The notes under the pieces are model-generated. The model saw nothing but the letters and a program-made list of their open reading frames with translations, did not search any database and was not told where the DNA came from. Shown here one piece after another: positions 53,426 through 64,000 of a DNA stretch of 64,000 nt. Source of the DNA: Camelus dromedarius (Eukaryota). The DNA lies in NCBI RefSeq assembly GCF_036321535.1, contig NC_087436.1, forward strand, positions 55,182,001-55,246,000, in the 5' to 3' direction. Each line of letters opens with the position of its first letter. Positions within the stretch are counted from its first letter, which is position 1. The position numbers were made by a program, and so were the translations under genes.

Positions 53426-55285
53426 GTGTCTGTTGTTTTTATTATTTGATGCAAAGTTACAAGATTACCTTTCACCCTTCAAGCCCAGATAATATTCCTC
53501 AATATCTTGTGCTTTCTATTAATTAAAGATTAAATATATGAATTCTTTGAAAGTCTATATTATTTAAGTATTTCTTCTTAACTACCCGTTTTTATTATCT
53601 TTTCTTCCTTCAGTAGCAGTTTATAGATTGTTAAACTATAGAAATAAAGTTTGTGAGATATGACTTTATTTTTTTATCTAAAGCAATATAAAGGTTAGAG
53701 GTATAAAATAGGAATGACTCCATTTACTGTGATGGTGGGTGTATACATATGGAAAACATATCATCTTACTTGCAAATAATCATGTTTTTTCTCAATTCAA
53801 TCAAAATAGTTTGCAACATATTGCTTGGTGGAAAGGAAACGAGCCACTCTTTTCTAATTTTTAAAAATATAAGCTGTCTCTCAGAAACTTGTGGTGACCT
53901 TGCAAAGTACAAATGACAAATTTCAAACTGAAAATGTTATAAAAAATTTACCTTGTAGGATAATGCTAAGTTTTACCTGAAGGCTTATCTTTTGTCATGA
54001 CAATGATGATGACACGGCACCATTTTTAATGTATCTATATTGAGATGATAAAACATAGCAAAATATTGGTTCCACAGAGGATTGCAGTAATTGCTCTGAC
54101 TCTAACGGGTGACAGGTTAGGAACAGTAGAGTCACCAAGCAGTGATAATGCCTCTAAGCAGAAGTTACCCTTTTCTTGAAAATGCTACAATTTCCTTCTG
54201 TGCCCTTTACTGTAATCATTGATGGCAGTGGTTTCATTTCATTTTTATAGTTCTAAATAATGTAAATCATCACAAACCACACTTAACATGGAGAATGTGA
54301 AGTACAATTAGTCACTGATTTATTGCTTTAGTGAATGTGCAAGTGAGGAGAATAACCTTGCCGTATTCATAAGAGATAAGAATAATGTCACAGAGTTACT
54401 GGAATTGGGAACTAAAAAGTGAAACAAAAGCCTTGACTTTACCTAGAGACTTCTTATTTTATCCCACATGATCTGTTTTTCCATGATCTGCTTGAGGATT
54501 ATCTAGAGACTGAATTTGTGTGTACTTCTTAACAGAAAATTACCAAATGTTTCCAAATGTTGGTACTCAAAGGAACACACAAAATTAGCAGATTAATTGT
54601 TTCATTTATTGGTGTACATTTTTCTCACAAGACTATTTTCACCTACATAGCAGATGTGTTTTATGCTTTTAAAGGATCCAGTCTACCAGCCTAATCAATC
54701 AAACTATCATTTTATGCAATTTAGCTGTCTCATAGTATTTTAATCCAGAATATAAGCTTAAGATCAAAGGGGATATTTTTACCCTGAATTGTTCTCCATT
54801 CTCAGCTGGTTTTGATATTCTGTTTTCTTCTCCTCAGATCAGTATCCATTTTGCATCCCTTGTACACATTTACACACACTCTTGTTTACCCATCATCTGG
54901 CCAGAATATATAAAACAGCCCCATTTTTACGGAGAAGGGATTCAGGCGGCTCTATCATATTACTCAGGAACTCAACTTTAAAGCACCCTTCCTCCTTGTC
55001 TGATTCAGACCTATTTATTTCTGTTCTCAAAACTCAGCAATGTGTCTTTTCTTAGAGACTGCTTGGCTGATTAGTTAGGAACCTAGTTATTTCAGGATTC
55101 TAGTTCTATAATTTTCTTGCCAGATTTTGCCCCAGACAAAGCTTCCTCCACCAATGTCCCCTTCACCCCACTACTCCCAAAAGAGCATTGCTTACTAAAA
55201 TAGATTCCCAGAAGAACTAATTTCTCAGGCTGATTCAGCACAAACAGATATTTCTATGATCATATAAATTTGGTAAAATCTACAT

Positions 55286-55495
55286 ACTATATGCATGGCT
55301 TTCCATCTATACAGGAAGGTGGAAATATTAAAAGAGTTTTGGTTAAACTATAGCACTATATACATGGCTTTCCATCTATACAGGAAGGTGGAAATATTAA
55401 AAGAGTTTTGGTTAAACTATAGCACTATATACATGGCTTTCCATCTATACAGGAAGGTGGAAATATTAAGAGTTTTGGTTAAACTATAGCACTAT
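55286..55495. repeat. 69-bp minisatellite, ~3 copies
   Basis: Unit ATGs at 55295, 55364 and 55433; third copy has a 2-bp deletion. Confidence 0.95.
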
Positions 55496-55864
55496 CTCCA
55501 CTCTACCAAAAGAACCCACTAATTTTTCCTCAGTAGTATCTATCAACAATTTTAACTAGGACCTTAATCACGTAGGAACAGAGTCTTTCTGAATGCCAAA
55601 AAGCATTCTGTAGGCTTCAGATACCACCTAGATACGTTGAAATGCCTCATTTCCCTCCATGGCCTTATGGCAAATGTTTAGTATCTCCTCTGTAGTTATA
55701 AAACATAAAAATTAATAAGGACACAATAATAGTGAGACCCTTGAACATTTTAAGACTCCTGTTATTTGAAAAAATTCGTATTTATTCATTCCAAGCTGCC
55801 CAGGCTGGGGGTGATTTATAGATTTATATGCTAGTTAAATATAGCACGCTTTTCATTTTCAAAC

Positions 55865-56030
55865 GCGTTAAGGATTTGGAGTCAGACAAGGTTTGAATAC
55901 CAGGTACCAGCTATAATTAACCTGTCTGGTCCACAGTTTTCTTTTTCATAGTATGAAAACTATTTGAGATTTATTGAGGATTAAATGTATCAGTGTGAGT
56001 AACTTTCCACTCTGGTGCCTGGCATACCCT
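55865..56030 (+). mobile_element. MIR
   Basis: 'tttggagtcagaca.ggtttgaat...tgaggattaaatg...gtgcctggcata'. Confidence 0.75.
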
Positions 56031-58089
56031 ATATGGATTAGTTCCCTTTCCTCCACCGCCAAAGACTTCCCTGATGTTGAGTTCCTGATTTCTGGTCTGA
56101 TCTGTTAAATAGCATTTGTTTTGGATTCCTTATTGCTATTCTCTACTTGCCTATTTGAAAAATACCGTGTCCCGTGTTGGAGCTCTTTGAGGCAAAACTC
56201 CCTGTGGAATTGCGTTACTATCTACGATGTATCAGCTTTGTCTGTGTGGCTAGACTTCTTCCTGATACCTGCTATGACCTGTGTGTGACCCACCCCTGAG
56301 GCAGATCTCACAATCTGAGCCTCCCAGCCTGCTCTATCCTGTCATAGTTAACATGCCATCCCTTCTGCTTTTAGGATCAGACAGAAAATGTTTACACAAC
56401 TCTTTATGTCTATGAGAAAATGACTCTTTACATATTCAGTGGTTTGGGATTTGTTACATGGGAAGCAAAGAAACAAACATCAATCTGTTTATCATTTCAT
56501 AAATTCTCCAAAGTATTTGCATGTATAGAAAGCCTAATTCTTCCCACTGCTAATGAGTTTTGAAGAACTTCTTAATATTTTACTAAATGGTAGAGATGGT
56601 AAAATCATTTGTGGAAATATATCTCCTAATAACGTAGCCCTTGTTTTCCAAGGGAATTTAATTAGCAGATCATGTTAGTCTAGTTAAAAAGTAGCATAAC
56701 TGTACAAACAATAAATATTCCTATTTGAAAATAATTCCTACTCCAGTTAGTTGGGCTTCCTGTGGGGAAATAAAAATAATTAATAAAAAATGTACAAAAC
56801 AAAGAACACTGTTTTGCCAATTAGTAAAGATAACTCAGTGTATGTAAATGTGTTGTTAATATATAAGCTTTTCTAGAGACTTTCTTCTCTGGGGAATTTT
56901 CATTTGAAGATTTTTGGTGCCTAGATTAAAATCTGTAGTACTCACATTTTCCTGCATATGGACTAGGAGTTTACTCATATGGGGTCTGCAGAGTATAATG
57001 GCAATATTTTAATGGTGTTATAATATTTTTCTGCCAGGTGTATAAAATATTCCCTGTTAATTGTTCTTCTTCTCCTGAGGGGTCCCTACAGGAGCGCTGT
57101 GCATAGCTGAATAGGAATCAAAGTATACTTTATGCTCGTTGGCATAAGCTAAACTGGATTGCGTGGCTTCAACTTGAACTCTAGTGCAGTTTTATACTTC
57201 CTCCTTGATTCTAAATCTTGGCACCAACAAGTCATACCTGCCTGTGAGGAAAAGAGACAACATGGCTCGTCCTCAGAGCAGGCACTGACTCACCTAACAT
57301 ATACTAAGGAGAAGAGCAGACAACCCATCTCATTGTTCTCCACATGAGGCAGTATGGAGCTCAGGAGAGAGGGGAGAGCTGAACTGCTTTGAGAGCACGG
57401 TCACGGAGAAGTAGTCCTGGATTCTGACCAGATAAAAATAACAGGCAGAGTCAGAATGGGGCAGGAGAGTGGACGTGTTTTCTGCTAGCTATGACACTGA
57501 AGAAGAGAGGGGACTTTAATCGCTTTGCATAGCCTTCCTTTACATATCCTTTACTACTTCCAGAGAACGCTGGAGAGAATCCAGCTGCATGTTGGCAGCC
57601 CAGTCATTGCAGAAATAAGCTTTATGCTGTGAACTTCACCCAACAGGGTCCACAGATGTATTCACATTATGGAGTTGTTCTGGAAGAAAAACAGTTACTC
57701 ACTAAAACCTCTTGAACACATCAGCCACTCTAATCTTATGTGTATATTACAATTACTTGGGCGCTGCTTGCCAATGCAACAGTTTCTACCAGATATTGTA
57801 TCATTCTGGAAAATAATCCTTGGAGTAAGATGCTGTGTTTGCCTGTGTGCTTCTGTATACAAAGTAGAAATTACCTCATGTATCACCTCCCTGTCATCAA
57901 GCTATTTAAGGATTCCAGCAACATCTATATAGCCCTAGGTTTAAACATTACTGATCCTTGCCTAGGAAAATTACTACTTTTATGTTAATATGTGCCTTAA
58001 TTTATACCATAGTACAGCCACAATCCCAAATTATTCTTGAATTGCAGTTTTGCTCCTAAACAAATGTTTTAATATTTTGCCTCTAAGAA

Positions 58090-59520
58090 GTCATTTTATT
58101 TAAAATAATGAAGAATATCATATATATTAAAATGAGCAACAGTAAGAAAATAGGCACACAAGTATCCACCATTGAAATTAAATAAATGTTAACATTTTTG
58201 CTCCAAAAAATCTAATTAAAAAGAGAGCTAAAATGATACAGATGTAATTAAACCTCCCTTGCCATTTCTCTAAACTTTTCCTTTCCCGGAGGTAAGGAGA
58301 TGCCCCAGCTTGACATATTCCATTTACACTTATATATTAGAACTTACACTATATATTTATTTATCATTGTAATATTAACAATTTAAATTGTATATTTTAC
58401 ATTATATAGTTTCTTATTGTATATATTCTTACTCACTTGACTTTATAATTATAAAATCTTCACAGTGATATTTATATCATTCATTTATTTGCGCTACTTT
58501 GTAGTTTTACATTATATTAATAAATCATTTTAAACATTTTTTTAACCAAGAATGTTATGTTCATAGTTTCCTATTTAAAATGATACTGCAATAATTAGCA
58601 TTTTTTTTTGTCTCCTTATTCACAGGAAAATACATTTTCTGGGTCAAAGGATATGGGCATAATCAACTTTTCTTGATATTACCAAATTCATTTCAAAATT
58701 GTTTATAGCAATTTAACTCTTATCAGCAAAGCTGTAAAAGGTCCCATTTCTTCATATTGTCAACAAAAACACCAAGTGCTTTCAGACATTAATTTTGGTC
58801 AATGTGATGGCTATGAAATGGTATACAAATATTCTAATTTGTATTTCCCCCATTTCTGGTAGGACTCAATCTGTTTATATATATGTATATATATTTATAT
58901 TTTTGCCATTTTTCTAATGCTTCATCTTTCCTTTCTTATTGATTAGTAAGGGTTCTTTTTCAAATTTCTAGGTTTTTTGTCCTATTAGCCTTGCTTAAGA
59001 AATATTTCCCTACACTGATATAATAAAGATATATATATATTTTTTTGAACGGGGTTGTTTTGAAAATAATCATGATTACTTAATCACAAATACATTTTGC
59101 TAGCTTCCTTAAATGTAGTGAAGCAACATATCACAAGTTGATTTTATAGTCTTCTTAGAGTTTATTTTTCTTTTTGATCCATAATGAATTTGTGTGTTTT
59201 AAATAATGGGTAAAATCCTATGAATCCTGTGATTTTCTTATGCTTTCTTTTCAAACATTTTCTTTTCTTCACATTTATGTCTTTAATTCATCTGGAATTT
59301 ATTTTGGCATACCATGTGGCATAGAGATCTTAATGATTTTTCTTTATGAATATTTAGCCCATGCAGTCTTTCCTCACTGATTTGCACTGCTCTATCATAT
59401 ATAATGCTATCATGCTTACATTTGTCTGTTTTTAATCCTTCTTTTATTAATTTTTCTATTTTTCTAATTCTATGCCAATGCCACACTTTCTTAATCATCA
59501 CAGATTTTTATAAATTTTTC
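58090..59520 (-). mobile_element. Decayed L1ME-like ORF2 C-terminus plus 3' UTR
   Basis: ORF 59283-59501 'IKKVWHWHRIRKIE' resembles the L1 ORF2 motif IKTVWYWHKNRHID; 'ctgggtcaaagg.tatg', 'tctaatttgtatttcc'. Confidence 0.75.
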
Positions 59521-59924
59521 CAGCTGTTCCTATCACCAAAGGTAAACAAGGAGTCCTGGTCACCATCTGATCTGGGTAAGAGCACGCTTTGCCAACCTCC
59601 AGTCCTCCACTTTAGAAGTCAGAAAGCTCAGGGTAACTAGCCTCTGTCCAGCCAAAACCTTCTGTCAGTGGAAGTCCAGCAGGAGCCCTGGAAGTCTTCC
59701 TGTCCAATGCAGTCCACTGTATCCTGTATGTACACCACTATCTGCCTCTGGACCATCATGACTAGTTTCTTTATGCCTTTTCTCACTATTTTTACACCAG
59801 CATACAAAAGCCAAGAATTTTGGGTCACCTTTCTTCTCCATGTGACTTTGAGTATATCTCTTTTCTGAATACATCCCCCACCATCCCCAAGTCCTAAACT
59901 ATGGGAAGACTCAAAGCTGCAAGT

Positions 59925-60220
59925 CTTTCAAGAATTCTGGACATTTTTCAGCCAATATTTCTTCAAATATGACCTCCCGTCAACTCCTAATGGTTATCAA
60001 CTTGTGGAATTCCTATAAGCATTTTTATTTTTAAGTTTCTCACTTTATTCACCATATTTCTTAATTTCTCTGTCATAATTTTGAACTCTTAATAAAGTCA
60101 CATTTCAGGTGACTTCTTCAGTTTTGCCTTGCAGTTTATTTATTTTCCTATTAATTTAACTAGTTTGTTGTGCATGTTTTATTTCAGTGATGATATTCTT
60201 CACTTCTAAGAGTTTGGGTA
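59925..60220 (-). mobile_element. Old L1M ORF1-region fragment
   Basis: 'aattctggacatttttcagccaatatttcttcaaatat'. Confidence 0.6.
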
Positions 60221-60227
60221 GTTTATA

Positions 60228-60436
60228 TTATGGTTACTAGGGTGTAAAGGGCGTGGGAAGGAGTAAATCAGGAGTTTGAAATTTGCACCTCTTGGGGAGT
60301 GATGGAAATGTTAGCTATCTTGATTGTGGTGGTGGTTTCATAGGTGTATACACCTATCAAAATTCATCAAATTGTACATCTGAAATATGTGTACACTTAC
60401 TGTACAGTACTTATACCACAATAAATGTGTTAAAAG
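60228..60436 (+). mobile_element. L1ME/L1MD-like 3' end
   Basis: 'gtgatggaaatgtt..ctatcttgattgtggtggtggtttcataggtgtata...tcaaaattcatcaaattgtaca...caataaa'. Confidence 0.85.
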
Positions 60437-60550
60437 TAGTTTTGGTAGTTTGTAAATATAGCTGATATGTTTTTCATATTCTATTGTTTTATCTTATAAT
60501 GATATAGAGTCATTATTATATGTCTTTTTTTAGTATTTAGAAGATATGTA

Positions 60551-60712
60551 TTTTTTAAATTAAAACATAATTGATATATAATATTATGTTAGTTTCAGAT
60601 GTACAACATAGTGATTCAGTATTTTTATAGATTATACTCCACTGAAAGTTATTGCAAAATAATGGCTATGTTTCCCTGTTCTGTACAATATATCCTTATT
60701 GCTTATTTATTT
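60551..60712 (-). mobile_element. Older laurasiatherian-type L1 3' end
   Basis: 'atattatgttagtttcagatgtacaacatagtgattcagtatttttatagattatactcca...ttccctgttctgtacaatatatcctt'. Confidence 0.8.
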
Positions 60713-60995
60713 ATTATTATTAATTTTTAATTGAAGTGCCATCGGTTACAGTGTGCCAGTTTCTGGTGTACAGCACAATGTCCCAGTCATGAATATACAT
60801 ACATATATTTGTTTTCATAGTTTTTCATTAAAGGTTATTACAAGATATTGAACATAGTTCCCTGTGCTATACAGCAGAAATTTTTTTTAAAATCTATTTT
60901 TATATATAGTGTCTAACATTTGTAAATCTCAAATTCCCAAATTTATTATTTTTTACTTCTCACTCCCTTTCCCTGGTAACCATAAGATTGTTTAC
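60713..60995 (-). mobile_element. Camelid-type L1 3' end
   Basis: 'ttctggtgtacagcacaatgtcccagtcatg...taaaggttattacaagatattgaacatagttccctgtgctatacag...ggtaaccataagattgtttac'. Confidence 0.85.
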
Positions 60996-61639
60996 TATTA
61001 TATGTCTTTCATGTTTTCAGTATACTTCTTTTGTATTATTTAAATGATTTTTTATTATGCAAGTGTTTGAGGATTACTGTCTCTCCGGCTCTCACTCCTG
61101 GTGTTGGTTTTCCTCATTAATTTCCTTTGTGAAGGTCTTCTTCAGTGGGATTTATCAGTAGTTACCCTGTGAATTGATCAATTTTATGTTTGATTTTACA
61201 AAGCATTCCAGGGTCATCAGTAGTGCAGGGCCAATTTTTCAGTTTGGAAGGTTTGGAACTTCTGGGCACTTCAGACAGAAAGCTGGTAAGGTACAGGGCA
61301 TGGTTACAAATTCTCACAGGTATTCCTTCTTCCACTTGGATCCTATGAGAGACGAGTTTCTTTTTTCACTTATTTGCACCAGTGGACAGATTATCTTCTC
61401 AGTTTATACATTTAGCAGCTTAATAGCTCTTTAAATTTCTGTTTTATATTTAGGCTTCTCAGTTCCATTCCTAGCATTTCATAGGTTAAGGCCTTTCCTC
61501 CTGACCCCATGCAACAAAGATAATGGATTAATGTGGTAACCACCTCTACTTCTCCACCCTCCACTCCCACACCCACTTTTTGCCATAAGGAGCCCTTTCC
61601 TTTGTTTTCAATTCCTTCTGCATTTCCTACACCTGGTGA

Positions 61640-61663
61640 TTTTTTTTTTTTTTTTTTTTTTTT
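61640..61663. repeat. Poly(T)24
   Basis: Seen directly. Confidence 0.95.
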
Positions 61664-62139
61664 GTCAGTTTCAGTCTTAGGATTGAATATGTGAACTTGT
61701 CATAAATACTTTTCTTAAATGTTAGTGTTTGGAAAGTCTGCAATTTATCTAGTCAGCCACATTTTTGGAACATGAAGTCAAATGACTTGTTATTTAACTA
61801 GTTTTATTGCAGATTATTAATGTATGAAAGGAATACTTAAAGTATGAACAAAAATAGTAAAGATTAAAAACACAAACACTTATTTTGGCAATTTAATCAA
61901 TATAACAAGTATGTACTGTCAGTTCCTTAAAGTATACAGAAGCTTTTAGGAAAGTTTAATTATGAAAAAATATGTCAATATTGTATTATAATTTGGTTAT
62001 AGGTACCAATAAAACTTTATATATAGAATTCTCTTAACCAATAGAGTCAATGTAATTTAAAAGATAAGATTATAAAACATTTAGTTGGTTTTTATTTTGA
62101 AAAACAAAAAAAGAAAAGAAAAAAATTGAATTGTATTTG

Positions 62140-62404
62140 AGACAGGAAGGATTAAGCCCTTCCTGCTTGATTGCTTAAGCTGGGACATTGATCTCTTCTT
62201 GCCCTTTTGCGCTCCTGGTTCTCAGGCCTTCAGCCCTGAACTGGTACCTATACCATTGACTTAACCTGATTTTTAGGTCTTTGGACTCTGACCAAATAAC
62301 ACAGCTGGCTCACATCTTCCATAATTGTATGACACAATTCTTTATAATATATCTTGTCCTATAATTTATCTATTGTTTCTGTTTCTCTGGACAACTGTAA
62401 TACA
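62140..62404 (+). mobile_element. MLT2-like ERVL LTR 3' part
   Basis: 'gctgggacattgatct...ctcctggttctcaggccttcag...tctgtttctctgga...taataca'. Confidence 0.75.
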
Positions 62405-62881
62405 ACTTAGTGTTTAAAACAGAAACCATTTATTATACTCATGGATTCTCAAAGTAAAGAATTAGTATAGGACATTGCAAATATGACTTGACTGTGCTTC
62501 TCTGCAACTGAGCCGTCACTTGGGAAGACTCAACATCTGAGATTGATTCAAAAGGCTAGAGTCTAGAGTTATCCAAGGATTTCTTCAATCACATGGCTGG
62601 CATCTGGGATGGGATGACAAAGCCTGGGTTGGATGGCTCTGTCAGTGGAAGCACCTATATATGGCCTTTTTGTGTGACTCACAGTGTGGTGGTTGGGTTC
62701 TGCAAGGAAGCATTCTCTAGACTGAGTTCTGCAAGGAAGCATTCTCTAGAGAGAACTTCTTGAGATTAAGCACTCCAAGATGCCAAGATGGAAGCATCAA
62801 GGCTTCCTCTGACCTAGCCTTGGAATTCGTGTAGTGTTATTTCTGTTGCTCTCTGTTAGTCACTATCCCACCCAGATTCAT
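62405..62881 (-). mobile_element. MLT1G/H-like LTR with an internal 25-bp duplication
   Basis: 'acttagtgtttaaaac..aaccatttatt', 'tgggaagactcaa', 'tctgacctagccttggaa', 'cccagattca'; duplication at 62697-62721 and 62726-62750. Confidence 0.75.
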
Positions 62882-62930
62882 CACCAGAGTGGTAGTAGCA
62901 GCAGCAGTGGCAACAACAACAAATAATCCT

Positions 62931-63442
62931 ACTAGGACAGGCTACAAAACGCCCCCACCTCCAATGATACCAGGTCCAAATCCCTGAAACTTGTAAAAGT
63001 TACCTTATTTGGGAAAAGGTTCTTTGCAGTTATGATTCAGTTAAGGATCTTGAGATGGGGAGATTATCCTGGAGTATGCAAGTGGACCCTAAATATATCA
63101 CATGTATCTTTTATAAGAGAGAGGCAGAGGGAGATTTGACTCACAGAGGATAAGGTGACGTGAAGATGTAGCAGAGAGAAATTTAAAGATGCTGGTCTTG
63201 AAGATTGGAGTCATGCAGCCAAAAGTCAAGGAAGGCTGGCACCCACTGGCAGCTGGAAGACCCAAGGAATAGATTCTCCCCTAGAGCCTCCAGATGGAGT
63301 GAGGTCCTGCTGATACCTTGACTTTGGCCCAGTGAAACTCACTGAGGAATTCTGGCCTTAAGAATTATACAAAAATGCTTTTCTGTTCTTCTAAGGCACC
63401 AAGTTTTTGGTAATTTGTTAGTATTCTCAGGAAACTAATGCA
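62931..63442 (+). mobile_element. MLT1C/D-like MaLR solo LTR
   Basis: 'ttaaggatcttgagatggggagattatcctgga', 'gattctcccctagagcctccaga', 'ggtaatttgtta...ggaaactaatgca'. Confidence 0.9.
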
Positions 63443-63489
63443 GCACCAGTAATAACCACTAGTCTTGCTCACCCCTACTCAATCTTCAG

Positions 63490-63620
63490 TTGGGAAGATG
63501 CAAGTCCAGTAGAATTAAAGAGAATCAGAGGGTCATACAGTCAACTAATTAGGATTAAAAATGTAGAAAGTCCAGGTCTTAGATCTTTGGAGTTTTAGTC
63601 CAATCTTTACATTATGCTCA
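63490..63620 (-). mobile_element. Degenerate MIR
   Basis: 'agggtcatacag...ccaggtctt...tagtccaatcttt'. Confidence 0.4.
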
Positions 63621-64000
63621 TCGTATTGTGAGTATCGTTAGCTATGATATTAATGTGAGTAAAACTGTACTGAGAAGATAAAAGGGTTCTTTCCACCAAA
63701 CAATTAAAAGTTTCGCTATTTCTGATTGAAAGGGAAATTACTCTTTCACTGTTTAAAAAAAACTTTAACTTATTTTCCTCTGAAATTCAGATTTCAGGTT
63801 AAATAAATATATAAGTTGAGAAGCCATTGGGGATTAAAATGCAAGGAAGTTAGCAGGGTACTGAGTTCAGGGAACTTGCAATTGTACTAGAGTGAAGGAC
63901 AATTAGCGTTTATGTGATAATGTGATATGATTTAATATGATAGAAGAACTGTGGCAGGTTGCTTTTGGAGACTCTAACCCTACCCCATAGGTCAGGCCTG

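Noticed and set aside
46200..54228. Shared 14-mer ATCATTGATGGCAG at 46200 and 54215
   Set aside because: Several 14-mer matches are expected by chance in 64 kb; no extension
55286..55495. 69-bp repeat as a CRISPR-like array or repeat protein gene
   Set aside because: Head-to-tail units without unique spacers in mammalian DNA; no promoter or splice support
59283..59501. ORF with a WHWH motif as a gene
   Set aside because: Decayed L1 ORF2 remnant
62143..62165. 8-bp inverted repeat CAGGAAGG/CCTTCCTG
   Set aside because: Too short for a pre-miRNA; at an LTR edge; chance level

Overview
AT-rich, CpG-depleted mammalian non-coding DNA (intron or intergenic). The host is most likely a camelid. That is an inference from the young L1 3'-end types and from the absence of recognisable Bov-tA/Bov-A2, CHR, PRE1 or Alu SINEs. 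I find no credible protein-coding gene, RNA gene or CRISPR array. The ORF track consists of short chance ORFs, some in decayed repeats (one is an L1 ORF2 remnant). Much of the window is layered interspersed repeats: ancient MIR, L2, MER5, L1M and MLT/ERVL LTRs, plus younger cetartiodactyl/camelid L1 3' ends and a complete MER41-like ERV1 solo LTR. All repeat family names come from recalled consensus similarity, not from a search, and most ancient-repeat boundaries are approximate. I do not see a new multi-gene biological system. The most notable signals are: a MER41-like LTR keeping an intact STAT GAS motif; a probable L1 3' transduction bounded by a perfect 14-bp target-site duplication (TSD); a (CTTT)17 microsatellite that looks like a tail-only retro-insertion; an RFX X-box cluster; and several repeat-poor, motif-dense candidate enhancers.
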